A DNA stretch of 58,077 nt from an uncultured virus (IMG/VR IMGVR_UViG_3300020046_001970) (taxonomy: Duplodnaviria > Heunggongvirae > Uroviricota > Caudoviricetes). A program made the position numbers and the translations under genes. The notes below the pieces were generated by a model. That model worked only from the letters and a program-made list of their open reading frames with translations, did no database searches and had not been told where the DNA came from. Shown one piece after another: positions 19,028 through 28,276 of this stretch (its first letter is position 1; each line of letters starts with the position of its first letter). The DNA lies in the IMG/VR virus record IMGVR_UViG_3300020046_001970; one strand, written 5' to 3'.

Positions 19028-20113
19028 GTGGTTGATATTGCTGTCGATGCGAGCCTTCTTGGGGATGCTTCGGTAACCTCTGATGTAGTTGCCATTTACG
19101 CCCTAGCCTCCTCCCCTACAGGAGATGCTACTCTTGGGGTAGTAGATCCTACTACTCAATGGGCCCTTGGGTCATCTCTTGCAGGGGATGCTACTCTTGG
19201 AGTAGTAGACCCTACCGTGCAGTGGGCGCTTAATGCCTCCTTAGATGGAAGTGCTGACGTTCTGATCATTCAGAACTTCCATGCCGTGGATGCTACGCTT
19301 AGCGGAGATGCCGCACTAGCAGCTAGTCTTACTGCGCAATGGGCGTTGGGTACCTTGTCTCTCGATGCCGGAGCCACCCTTGGCGTAGTAGACCCTACGA
19401 TTCAATGGGCGGTCGCAGCGACCCTTCTTGCAGATGGTACACTAGGGGTTGTAGACCCTACCCTACAAGGCGCCTTGGCCGCTACTCTATCGGGAGACGC
19501 CACCGTAACCTCTGATCTTGCCGGACAGTATCCGCTTGTCGTAACGTTCGCTGGGTCTGGGGACTTTGTTGCGACAATCCTACAGAACCCACTATTCGCA
19601 AGCCTAGATGCGTCTGCGGACCTGACAGCAGTACCTACCATGGTACTATCCCCTTCGGCAATCCTGATTGGAGATGCATCGGTCACCTCCGCCCTGAACG
19701 TTTTCGTGGGTCCGGTTACAGCTCTGCGCTACGGGGTCCCAAGTAGGCGAGCTGAGGCGTCCAAGGTAGTCTTCGATCAACTAGACTTGTTCCTTGCAGA
19801 CGGTAAGACTAGGGCCCAAGATGTTCCTGTCTCAGCTCTCTACCTCAGAGTCTACGTCAATGGTACACAGGCTGACTGGCCCTTGGTGTCAGGGGCTGGA
19901 GTCACGGATGTGCAGATCGCTGCGGGTAAGGTCTACTGGACGGAGTTCTCTACCGGGTTCTACAGTGTTCGATTCTTCCCCAACCAGATCGGTATCTGGC
20001 GGGTAATCCTGACCTACCCAATCTACGACCAAGCTGTATCGCTAAGCTATGATGTGGTACCTCAAGTTGGGTTCCCAGGCGGTCTAGGTCTAAGGTCTTC
20101 TTTCATAGGTTGA
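19028..20113 (+). CDS. Repeat-containing structural protein with C-terminal Ig-like domain
   Basis: 21-aa repeats GDATLGVVDPT.QWAL; C-terminal GFYSVRF.P...G.W. Confidence 0.65.
   Translation: MVDIAVDASLLGDASVTSDVVAIYALASSPTGDATLGVVDPTTQWALGSSLAGDATLGVVDPTVQWALNASLDGSADVLIIQNFHAVDATLSGDAALAASLTAQWALGTLSLDAGATLGVVDPTIQWAVAATLLADGTLGVVDPTLQGALAATLSGDATVTSDLAGQYPLVVTFAGSGDFVATILQNPLFASLDASADLTAVPTMVLSPSAILIGDASVTSALNVFVGPVTALRYGVPSRRAEASKVVFDQLDLFLADGKTRAQDVPVSALYLRVYVNGTQADWPLVSGAGVTDVQIAAGKVYWTEFSTGFYSVRFFPNQIGIWRVILTYPIYDQAVSLSYDVVPQVGFPGGLGLRSSFIG
19121..19500 (+). repeat. Imperfect 63-bp coding tandem repeats
   Basis: GATGCTACTCTTGG.GTAGTAGA.CCTAC at 19124 and 19187, with further degenerate copies. 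Confidence 0.8.
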
Positions 20114-20119
20114 GGGGAA

Positions 20120-20311
20120 ATGTCACATCAACTACTACAGGTCATTGATTGCGAGCAAACAAGGGAAATTCGGTATGTGGATAACACCTTGATACCTAGC
20201 AGTCATATCAGCAACTTCTTAAAGGTGATCAGCCCATCCGGTAAGGAGTACACTCTTCAGTGCTCAGAGGACCTCCTTGAGGAGTTGTTCCCAAGCCCAG
20301 TAGAGACTTGA
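20120..20311 (+). CDS. Hypothetical protein
   Basis: 63 aa, GAGGGG RBS. Confidence 0.55.
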   Translation: MSHQLLQVIDCEQTREIRYVDNTLIPSSHISNFLKVISPSGKEYTLQCSEDLLEELFPSPVET

Positions 20312-20344
20312 TGCTCACCCTAGCCAACAAGGAATGGTAACTCT

Positions 20345-20824
20345 ATGGCCTTCCCAGGAGTGTTCAAACGAGGCTATGTCTTCCAAAGAGGGGATCTGCC
20401 TCTCTTCATTACGGACTCTAGTGGGAATGCGACCAACCCTTACAAGGTGACGTTCACTCTATACTACCGTGCAGGTAATAGTCCGTGTGAGCTTCAGGTT
20501 GGACCTATAGATCGAACCCCCGTTCAAGCGAAGATTGGGGAGTACTATGTCTCTGGGGTTGCTGGGGAGTGCGGTCAGCCAGGCCAGTGGTATGTAGAGT
20601 GGAAGTACCAGGAGTCCTTTGGGTCTCAGTGGGTGACCGACAAGATGGGGTTCAGTGTGTTTGAGACGACCCAATTCGCACCAGTGACCTACACAAGTTA
20701 CCCTTGCGGCTGTGGAAACTCTTCGGGATGTGGGTGCACGATTGCCAACCCCCGTGGAGGGTGTCAGTGGGGCTGTCGGAACTCTTGTCTCCAAGTATCC
20801 TCTTGCGGAAAGTATGGGTGGTGA
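20345..20824 (+). CDS. Ig-like virion protein with Cys-rich C-terminal tail
   Basis: N-terminal part similar to the N-terminus of 20828 (DL.LF.T..SG...RTP....GEYY); tail CGCG..GCGC..C..C..C..C. Confidence 0.6.
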   Translation: MAFPGVFKRGYVFQRGDLPLFITDSSGNATNPYKVTFTLYYRAGNSPCELQVGPIDRTPVQAKIGEYYVSGVAGECGQPGQWYVEWKYQESFGSQWVTDKMGFSVFETTQFAPVTYTSYPCGCGNSSGCGCTIANPRGGCQWGCRNSCLQVSSCGKYGW

Positions 20825-20827
20825 GTC

Positions 20828-21718
20828 ATGGGTGTAGGTCTTCTTAGAGGTCAGCAGCTGGGTAGGGAGGACCTGAATCTCTTCCTAACAAACGCTTCCG
20901 GGCACCCCGTCAATGCGGCAGAGATAAGCTATGCTATTTATGACTTCACGACTGGGCTAGAGGTATTGGTTGGTAGTAACCAGCGAACCCCTCTAAACCC
21001 AACCGTAGGGGAGTACTACGCGAGTATCATTATCCCCTTGGATGCCAATCTAGGGGAGTACCGTATACGTTGGGCAATCCGAGAGCTAATTGGTGGGCCA
21101 CTCCAGACCGTAGTTCAAGAGTTTAGCGTTCAAGACCGAGATATGGTCATGCCAACGTGCTTCACTCCTACTCAAACAGACCTGATTCGCAGATTGCGAA
21201 TGGTACTTAGAGATCAGAACCCTGATAAATTCTACCGCTTCCGGCCCCCAGCTCACGAGGAAACGGTCAACCAATTCAGTCGGGTGTTTGGTTACATCTG
21301 GGAGGATGCAGAGCTGCTAGAGTACCTTGAGAGGTCTCTAGACATGATCATTGCGTCCCCTCCTAGGACCCCATTCAATGGCATTGACCAGATGACTCAG
21401 ATCCGACCAGAGTGGAGGACGCTCCTCATCACGGGTGGGATGTTCTGGGCACTTCAAGCCCTGCAAATTAACTGGACGGCAGATGAGTTCTCGTACTCGA
21501 TCGGCGGGATCTCCCTAGACTTAGACAAGTCAAGTAAGTATGATACCCTGAAACAAGGTGCAAGCGACCAGTTCGATAAGCAGCTTGAGAAGGCGAAAGC
21601 AACCGTCAAGTTCATCAAGGGGCTACAGCAGCCTAAGTATGGGATGGGCGTGCGAAGCGCCTTCGGTCCTTTTCAAAGTAGGGGCGCAGTATCTCCGCGA
21701 AAATTCATGGGAATTTAG
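20828..21718 (+). CDS. Putative neck/head-tail adaptor protein
   Basis: Ig-like N-terminus, then LRMVLRD...W.D.EL..YL...FSYSIGGISL, typical of adaptor proteins; consistent context. Confidence 0.55.
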   Translation: MGVGLLRGQQLGREDLNLFLTNASGHPVNAAEISYAIYDFTTGLEVLVGSNQRTPLNPTVGEYYASIIIPLDANLGEYRIRWAIRELIGGPLQTVVQEFSVQDRDMVMPTCFTPTQTDLIRRLRMVLRDQNPDKFYRFRPPAHEETVNQFSRVFGYIWEDAELLEYLERSLDMIIASPPRTPFNGIDQMTQIRPEWRTLLITGGMFWALQALQINWTADEFSYSIGGISLDLDKSSKYDTLKQGASDQFDKQLEKAKATVKFIKGLQQPKYGMGVRSAFGPFQSRGAVSPRKFMGI

Positions 21719-21736
21719 TTTTTCACCATATCGAGG

Positions 21737-21765
21737 TTGACTCATTCGTTGTTTTGATCCATACT
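21737..21765 (+). promoter_or_regulatory. Sigma70-type promoter, probably leaderless
   Basis: TTGACT-17 nt-CATACT, ATG 7 nt downstream. Confidence 0.55.
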
Positions 21766-21772
21766 TAGGCTT

Positions 21773-23161
21773 ATGCCAAACAAGGGTCGTTGCGTTTGTC
21801 CTGCGTGTGGGAAGAACCTAGCTCCAAAGAGTATTCACGCTCATACTCTTGAGTGCGTGGATTGGAAGACGAAGTACGGTGATCCTTACCCCTACTTCAA
21901 GTTCAGTGGGACCCCCCACCAATACTCTGACGTAGCTCAGGATGGCACCGACTATGTTCGATGTCGGGTGTGCCTTGAGTATGGGTGGGACTTTCGGTTC
22001 AAGCGCATGATGGACCACTTAAAAGGGGTACACGGGCTTAGTGAGGCTCAGTATCTACTAAGGTTCCCTGGGGCACTAGTGAGGTTGTCGTCTACTCTAA
22101 GTAAGAGGCAGGGGACGGTACAGGATAGGTTTGGGGTTAGTAACGTTTTTCAAGCTGAAGTAGTCAAGGCTAAGTCCAAAGCCTCCTTGCTTGAACATCA
22201 CGGGGTAGCCAATCCAATTCAAGCCAGTTCGATACGAGCAAAGATCGATGCTACAAATCTTGCTCGTTACGGGGTGGCTAACCCTTTTGCCTCCTTGGAG
22301 GTGCAACAACGTATTCGAGCCACCAACCTCGAACGATTTGGCGTCGAGAACCCTAATCAAGCTCCTGAGATCATACAACAACGTATAGCTACCAACCAGG
22401 AGCGATATGGTGCAGATCACTACTTTGAGACTACCGAGTTCAAAGAAAAGTTCAAGGCAACTTCTTTGGGGAGGTATGGCACTGAGCATCCTATGCAGTC
22501 TCCAGAGGGTAGGTTACCATGTGAAACTAGTATGATTTCTAGTCTTGGTGTTGCATACCCATTTAGATCTGATGTTGTACAAGGTAAGGCCTACGCCACA
22601 TCCGTTGCGAACCATGGGGGGCAGCACCACCTTTCTGATCCAGCAATCATTGAGGCACGGAAGCAGCACTTGATGGAGCTTTACGGGGTAGATAACATCT
22701 CGAAGGTACCAGCGGTTAAAGAGCGAATCATAGCTAAGATCAAGGAGCGTTTTCGAGACGGAGCTATCCCTCGTATTACGACTCCAGAAAGGGTATTTAG
22801 AGACCTTGTACCCGAGCGTGTGGTATACTCTGGAGACTTTGCGTACTGGGTAACGTGGACAAATGGGAGACGTAAGAACCCAGACTTCGTGGTACTAACC
22901 GAGGAGCAGTATGCAGCGTATAGAGCTGGAGTCCCCTTGGGGGATTTGCGTACCTACCTTGTGGTCGAGGTCAACGGGGTTTGGTGGCATACTAAGCACA
23001 AGAACATGACGCGCGAGGCTAGGGAGAAAGAGTTCGTAGAGGGTTATGCCTCAGTTGGTGTGAGTTGCTTGGTTGTTTGGGAAGACGATCTAGAGACCAA
23101 GCTAGAATCAATTCAGCAGCAGGTCAGTGCCTTTCTGGTGCAACCGAAGGTTAGAGGTTAA
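21773..23161 (+). CDS. Free-standing endonuclease: Zn fingers, ER(F/Y)GV.NP repeats, PD-(D/E)XK/Vsr-like domain
   Basis: CPAC and CRVC...H...H; repeated YG/FGVxN units; NPDF...VEVNG.WWH...VVWE. Confidence 0.75.
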   Translation: MPNKGRCVCPACGKNLAPKSIHAHTLECVDWKTKYGDPYPYFKFSGTPHQYSDVAQDGTDYVRCRVCLEYGWDFRFKRMMDHLKGVHGLSEAQYLLRFPGALVRLSSTLSKRQGTVQDRFGVSNVFQAEVVKAKSKASLLEHHGVANPIQASSIRAKIDATNLARYGVANPFASLEVQQRIRATNLERFGVENPNQAPEIIQQRIATNQERYGADHYFETTEFKEKFKATSLGRYGTEHPMQSPEGRLPCETSMISSLGVAYPFRSDVVQGKAYATSVANHGGQHHLSDPAIIEARKQHLMELYGVDNISKVPAVKERIIAKIKERFRDGAIPRITTPERVFRDLVPERVVYSGDFAYWVTWTNGRRKNPDFVVLTEEQYAAYRAGVPLGDLRTYLVVEVNGVWWHTKHKNMTREAREKEFVEGYASVGVSCLVVWEDDLETKLESIQQQVSAFLVQPKVRG

Positions 23162-23162
23162 T

Positions 23163-23429
23163 ATGCCCCCCAAATCCAGATCAAACAACGTTGACATCAC
23201 ACCAGCGGAAGCCTTTGAGAAGCAGGTTTCTGGGATCGCTAACACTCTTGCAGAGATTGACTGCGGCGCGATTCACGGCGGCAACTGGCGCTTGCCGTGC
23301 CAAATCTGCATCGGTCGAGAGCGGGACCTTGGGAAGCAACTCCTGAGCGCAATCCAGGATGAGTCGGTTCGGAGGATGGTGCAGCGAGGACACGATGCCC
23401 GCGATGGGAACAAAAAGCGGGGCCCATGA
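23163..23429 (+). CDS. Hypothetical protein with Cys/His motif
   Basis: GAGG RBS; C..H...C..C. Confidence 0.55.
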   Translation: MPPKSRSNNVDITPAEAFEKQVSGIANTLAEIDCGAIHGGNWRLPCQICIGRERDLGKQLLSAIQDESVRRMVQRGHDARDGNKKRGP

Positions 23430-23435
23430 CGGTGT

Positions 23436-24095
23436 TTGGTGTATATCCTGCCAATGCGAGTCACTTGGATCACGTACGGGCAACTCAACGAGATGCAACG
23501 CGAGGAAGTCTCTTTCCATGTGAAGGGCAAGCATGTCCATGACCTTGGAGCTGGAAACGGCAACCTCTCTCTAGAGCTTTTGAAGCTCGGGGCAGCTAAG
23601 GTTACGGCAATTGACAAGCACCCAACCCTTGTGACTACAGACCCTCGGCTGGAGGTCCTGGAAGGATCTTTCCAAGACTTTCAAGACTTGGCACCTGAGG
23701 TAGCGTTTGTCTCTTGGCCCTCAAACCATCCAAATCCCTATCTTCGGCAAATTTGCCGTAGGGCTAAGGTTGTGATATACTTGGGGAAGAACACGGATGG
23801 TTCCGCATGTGGACAACCGGAGTTCTTTGACGACCAACTCTATCGAGAGCTTCTTGCTTACCACAGCGATCGATTCAATACACTTGTAGTCGTGGGTGGG
23901 GTGCAAGATCTCAAACGCCCTCCGATGGGGGAGGAGCTAGCTGGGCTCAACCTTTACTCAGGTCCAGTAATGTACTACGACCAAGTAGAGAGGGGAAGAG
24001 AAGTGCCTGTAACTCATCGGAGCAATTACGATTTTCTTCCTACGCTCCACGTAGATCAAGTCAAGTGGGAGGACGAGTGTGAGGGGGGACAATGA
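23436..24095 (+). CDS. Class I SAM-dependent methyltransferase-like protein
   Basis: VHDLGAGNG...VTAID motif. Confidence 0.65.
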   Translation: MVYILPMRVTWITYGQLNEMQREEVSFHVKGKHVHDLGAGNGNLSLELLKLGAAKVTAIDKHPTLVTTDPRLEVLEGSFQDFQDLAPEVAFVSWPSNHPNPYLRQICRRAKVVIYLGKNTDGSACGQPEFFDDQLYRELLAYHSDRFNTLVVVGGVQDLKRPPMGEELAGLNLYSGPVMYYDQVERGREVPVTHRSNYDFLPTLHVDQVKWEDECEGGQ

Positions 24096-24424
24096 GGCGA
24101 GACATTTCAGCGGACCCGAAAGCCACCCACTACTGCAAGTATTGTGGGTTAACAATGCAACCCGACGACGTGATCGAGTGCCCGGTGTGCGACGGTGACT
24201 TGTGTGATCCGAAAAAGCGCGAACCTGGTAAGGCGGCAACTACCTACCAGAGCAGGTACGAGGATGTTCAACGAGCAATTCAAACCCCGGAGGATGCACT
24301 CCAGAAGGCTCAGGAGTGCCTTCCGAGTTTGAAGGGCGCAAGTGTAGATAACCTTGCGGATGTGCAAGCCGCTCTTGTCACCTTAGCTCGCAAGGTGCTA
24401 GAGTTAGAGTACGAGTGGAGTTAA
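24092..24424 (+). CDS. Zinc-ribbon hypothetical protein
   Basis: CKYC...CPVC; ATGA overlap with the previous gene. Confidence 0.6.
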   Translation: MRRDISADPKATHYCKYCGLTMQPDDVIECPVCDGDLCDPKKREPGKAATTYQSRYEDVQRAIQTPEDALQKAQECLPSLKGASVDNLADVQAALVTLARKVLELEYEWS

Positions 24425-24425
24425 G

Positions 24426-24614
24426 ATGCCAACCTACGAATACATTTGTACGTCTTGTGAGAAGGAGTGGGAGCAATTCCAGTCTATTACTGAGCCTCCC
24501 ACACAGGAGTGCTTACACTGTCAAGCACCTACTGCGAAGAGGGTGATTAGTAAGGGCACTGGGTTCCAGCTTATGGGTAAGGGTTGGGCAGCTGACAACT
24601 ACTCAAAGGATTGA
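24426..24614 (+). CDS. FmdB-family zinc-ribbon protein
   Basis: MPTYEYIC..C...Q.I......C..C...R.IS...F...G.GW...Y. Confidence 0.85.
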   Translation: MPTYEYICTSCEKEWEQFQSITEPPTQECLHCQAPTAKRVISKGTGFQLMGKGWAADNYSKD

Positions 24615-24617
24615 AGA

Positions 24618-24821
24618 ATGGAACAACCCCCGCTAATGTGCCCCAAGCACCCTGAGGAAGGACTCCTCAGGGAAGAGTATGGACCTGATGGTCGAACAGG
24701 GTTTTGCCTTAAGTGCTTACAGCATTACAAGCTCTGTGACGTTTGTCTGTACACGAGTATATGCCAGGACCTTCTAGGTCACCCTGGTGAGCATGTTGAT
24801 CGTCGGGGGATCAGATGGTAA
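24618..24821 (+). CDS. Cys/His-rich small protein
   Basis: CPKH, CLKC, C....GH.GEH. Confidence 0.55.
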   Translation: MEQPPLMCPKHPEEGLLREEYGPDGRTGFCLKCLQHYKLCDVCLYTSICQDLLGHPGEHVDRRGIRW

Positions 24822-25276
24822 TCGAGTTCTACAGCCCCACCAATGCCTATGGGGCCTTTTCCAACTTCTCTAAGCACGCAGTGAGGCTTGACGGGAAGAC
24901 TTGGCCTACGTCGGAGCATTACTTTCAGGCGATGAAGTTTGAGGGTACTCCAGTCGAAAGTACAGTACGGAAGGCCTATAGCGCTGGGGAAGCTGCTAGG
25001 ATTGGCCGGGACCGAAGTAACCCACTCCGTAAAGACTGGGAGGCAGTCAAGGATAACGTTATGCGGAAAGCTGTCTACGCTAAGTTTACACAGCATGACG
25101 ATCTTCGTGAGCTTCTACTCTCTACTGGAGACCGAAAGCTTGTTGAGCACACTGAGAGGGATAGCTACTGGGGAGACGGTGGTGATGGTTCTGGGAAGAA
25201 CATGCTGGGGGTAATCCTGATGGAGACCCGAACTCGCATTAGAATTAGGACCAACGCACACACACTTGAAGAGTGA
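24815..25276 (+). CDS. NADAR (YbiA-like) family protein
   Basis: FY....YG.FSNF...WPTSEHYFQAMKF...KF.QH..L...LL.TG...LVE....D.YWGDG.DG.GKN.LG. Confidence 0.93.
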   Translation: MVIEFYSPTNAYGAFSNFSKHAVRLDGKTWPTSEHYFQAMKFEGTPVESTVRKAYSAGEAARIGRDRSNPLRKDWEAVKDNVMRKAVYAKFTQHDDLRELLLSTGDRKLVEHTERDSYWGDGGDGSGKNMLGVILMETRTRIRIRTNAHTLEE

Positions 25277-25403
25277 GCGTTACGGGTACGGAAGCTATGG
25301 AGCTAGACTTCCTTGAGTCTGGAGTCCCACCAAGGAGACTTTTGCACTAGACTTTGGACTTCGCTTGGGGTATGTGTGATGGTAACTTTCACGAGGAGAT
25401 GAG

Positions 25404-25745
25404 ATGACTACAGAAGCTACAGTAACTGAAGAAGAAGTTCCGACCCAGAAGAAGGTCCTGACGATTGAGGACCCTATTGACGAGGAGACCTTGGAACGTT
25501 TCAAGACCCTCCAGGGGGTTCGGATGCAGTGTGCGGAGCGCCTTTTGGATCTAGAGCAGGAGAAGGTTCGCACCCTCCGTATGGCAGCTGGAATTGACCA
25601 GGATCGCCAGAAGGTTTTTGAGGCTCAGTTGGTAGCTCGCGGGCTTCCCCCTAACTTCCCTGTCGAGATTGATGCTACCACTGGGAAGATTACTCCCGTG
25701 GGCCAAGTCGAACAGGTTGTTGAGGCTGTTGACCAGCCCTCCTGA
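25404..25745 (+). CDS. Hypothetical acidic/coiled-coil protein
   Basis: GAGGAG RBS; 113 aa. Confidence 0.7.
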   Translation: MTTEATVTEEEVPTQKKVLTIEDPIDEETLERFKTLQGVRMQCAERLLDLEQEKVRTLRMAAGIDQDRQKVFEAQLVARGLPPNFPVEIDATTGKITPVGQVEQVVEAVDQPS

Positions 25746-25767
25746 AGTTTGAAGTGAAGTGAGACCT

Positions 25768-25803
25768 AGAGGGGGAGTGAGCCAACGGCTTACTCCCCTT
25801 TCT
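25768..25803 (+). terminator. Stem-loop terminator
   Basis: AGAGGGGGAGTGAGCC-AAC-GGCTTACTCCCCTTTCT. Confidence 0.7.
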
Positions 25804-25809
25804 ACTTAT
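25800..25809 (+). promoter_or_regulatory. Candidate late-promoter motif (TTCTACTTAT)
   Basis: 14 nt before ATG 25824, no SD. Confidence 0.55.
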
Positions 25810-25823
25810 GCCCTGTACCAAGT

Positions 25824-27239
25824 ATGGTAGGGCAAAGAGATCGGACCCCTCAGCTACTGGAGATGACGAAGCTCCCGTGGCCAGCACCTCCACTAAACAT
25901 CTTCATGTTAGATGGTACGAGAGGGACTATAGACCTCCGTTGGGATGACCCCTCTATACTGACGTTGAATAGTGGGTTTCAGTTACTTGGGGTGAATGTC
26001 TACCGGTCGTTCGACTCTGAGTTTGGACCTTACCATCGGATATCCGACCTACCCATTGGGGCAACCTTTTGGAGAGACCAGACAGACAACGAGTTGATTG
26101 TAGAGGAGGACGTATCCTCAAACTTCATCCTATTTGGAGCCTCTCGATCTGCAAGTGGGTCTGACGCGCCTAGGTATGTATTCAAGACCCTACGCTACCC
26201 CATTGTTAAAGCAGGTAGTGACAGAGGACTACCCACAAACACTCCTGGAGATGTTCGAGTTTTCGTGGATGGGGTGGAGGCAAGAGTTCTTCGGGTAAGT
26301 GGAGCTACGGGAGAGGTTGAGATTGACGCTAACATCTATACAGAGGTGGGCCGTCAGAAGACCATAGCCCCTATTTTGCCCACCACGACAAGCAGGGTAA
26401 CGTGTACTTACCTTTACCCAAGGTCCGTCCTCAAGACAGACCTGAGTCAGCGTATCTTCTACCGCGTTACCACGGTAGGTATTCCTGTAAGTTGTAACCC
26501 AGCACTTGCCACGGCTCAAGACCTCGTGGAGACTCCACTAGAGCATGCTGCGGCTACGAATACGTTTGAGATAGAGAAGCTTGACTATATCTGGAGGGAA
26601 GCCATTCGACGAAATCGATGGATCCTTCAGCAGGGGGGAGAGAGAGCCAGCGTCTTCCTACGCAAGAATGTGGGCGTCCCTTGTACCTGTGTGTCCCCTC
26701 ACCACAAGCAGCCAATCTCCGACTGTTACCTATGCTACGGGGTTGGAGTTGTTGGGGGCTATGAGGGGCCCTATCCAATCCTGATTGCACCGGATGATGC
26801 TGAGGTGGCTATTAGGCAGACAGAAGCAGGTCGAGTTCAAGGGCACACCTATGAGGTATGGACAGGACCCACCCCTCTTCTTAGCCATCGTGACTTCATC
26901 ATGAAGGTCAATGGGGACAGGTACTCGATCGGCCCCGTACGGATGCCCTCTAACCGAGGGAACATACTACAGCAACACTTCTCTATCTCGTCCTTCGATG
27001 ACAAGGACATTCGATACAAGGTGCCTGTAGGTAATCCTGTAAAGTACTCCGCTGTGCAGTTTGTTCCTTCGGGGCCAGAGCACGAAGCAAGTCAAGAAGT
27101 TACGAACAACCCTAATGTAGGGGATGAGCGTGAGCTTAAGGGGCGGACTTTGGCTTGGAAGAACACTAGTTACGGTATTCTACTTTTGCTTGGGTACTCC
27201 TTGTTGGAGGCCTCTCATGTCGTTTCTAGGATCGTGTAA
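25824..27239 (+). CDS. Putative neck/head-closure protein with FN3-like N-terminus and Zn site
   Basis: P.PP.N...L.W...G.NVYRS (FN3-like); GGE...F.RK..G..C.C...C..CYG.G..GGY. Confidence 0.55.
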   Translation: MVGQRDRTPQLLEMTKLPWPAPPLNIFMLDGTRGTIDLRWDDPSILTLNSGFQLLGVNVYRSFDSEFGPYHRISDLPIGATFWRDQTDNELIVEEDVSSNFILFGASRSASGSDAPRYVFKTLRYPIVKAGSDRGLPTNTPGDVRVFVDGVEARVLRVSGATGEVEIDANIYTEVGRQKTIAPILPTTTSRVTCTYLYPRSVLKTDLSQRIFYRVTTVGIPVSCNPALATAQDLVETPLEHAAATNTFEIEKLDYIWREAIRRNRWILQQGGERASVFLRKNVGVPCTCVSPHHKQPISDCYLCYGVGVVGGYEGPYPILIAPDDAEVAIRQTEAGRVQGHTYEVWTGPTPLLSHRDFIMKVNGDRYSIGPVRMPSNRGNILQQHFSISSFDDKDIRYKVPVGNPVKYSAVQFVPSGPEHEASQEVTNNPNVGDERELKGRTLAWKNTSYGILLLLGYSLLEASHVVSRIV

Positions 27240-28276
27240 AGTATGTGGTAAGCTTCTGCGTAGCTATCGTGGAGTAGCAAGTCATTTGAGACCAGATAGA
27301 GTGAATGCAGCGCACGGACCATTACGCGAAGAGTGGCTTCGATGGAGAGATACCTATCGAGTAGTATTGAAATGTCGAAAGTGTGGGGTACCCTGGGAGG
27401 TTAATTCAAAGTCCGAGAGTAACAGAAAACGTTGCCCCTCTTGTTGTCAACTTCGTAGGAGTTTGGGTAAGCTGGGGTACGAAAAACATGACATCTCACC
27501 ACCACCTCCTAAGCTAGACCCCCACTAAGTCATCGTTTTGTTGGCAGAGGGGGGATCCTACTTACCTAGAAATTGAATCCGGTCTGTGGCGAGAAGACAC
27601 CACGGTCCGTAGTCTTTTGAGGGATCTCAGTCTAACCTACATCGCCTTTCGTGCTATAGCTGAGGATATTCTTGGTTTGGTTGGATATCAAGAGTGGGCT
27701 AGAGCTAGGAGGCTAGAAGTTACCAAGAAAGCTTACACCGCAGCACGAAAGGCCTACTCTAGCTTAACACCAGAGGGGAAGGCAAAGAGGCGTAGTGCGA
27801 TGGCTAACCGCCCCACCCTTCTTGAGCTTGGCATGGTTGATCAACTCCGTGCTCAAGGGGTTAACTCTTTGGAGCTTAACGTCTGGCAGTCAGTTCCCAT
27901 AAGGGGACAGATGGTTCCGCGAGAAGCAGACATTAAGATCTCTATTGGAGGTGGTCGAAAAGTGGTTGTATTGTGTGATGGGGAAGCTTTTCATGGGCCC
28001 CGCATGATTTTCGGGAACCCTCAAGATCGTATTCTTGCTGACACTGAGACTGCTGAGGCTTACTACGCTTTGGGCTATAGCGTCGTACGGTATTCGGAGA
28101 CGGAGATTAAGTCTGGGGTTGCAGTAAAGCACATGCTGGATGTCCTCAAACGGTTAGACGGATGTAGAGCTATTTATCGAAACTGGTGCCCAAGTGAGGA
28201 GAGGGTCTCCTCTCCTAGTACCTTACACCTAATCCACTTATCCGTTGGAGCTGAGTATGACAAGCAAGCTAACTGA
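27217..28276 (+). pseudogene. Zn-finger plus Vsr/DUF559-like endonuclease split by a +1 frameshift near 27522
   Basis: GGAGG RBS and ATG 27217 (CKVCGK...CRKC...CPSC) ending at TAA 27528; +1 frame open from the C5 run to EADI...CDGEAFHG...GYSVVRYSE. Confidence 0.65.
28232..28241 (+). promoter_or_regulatory. Candidate late-promoter motif (ATCCACTTAT)
   Basis: 15 nt before ATG 28257. Confidence 0.5.

Noticed and set aside
19121..19500. Possible CRISPR array or DGR repeat pair
   Set aside because: Repeats are degenerate, in-frame 63-bp coding units without unique spacers or adenine-specific variation; no cas or reverse transcriptase gene seen.
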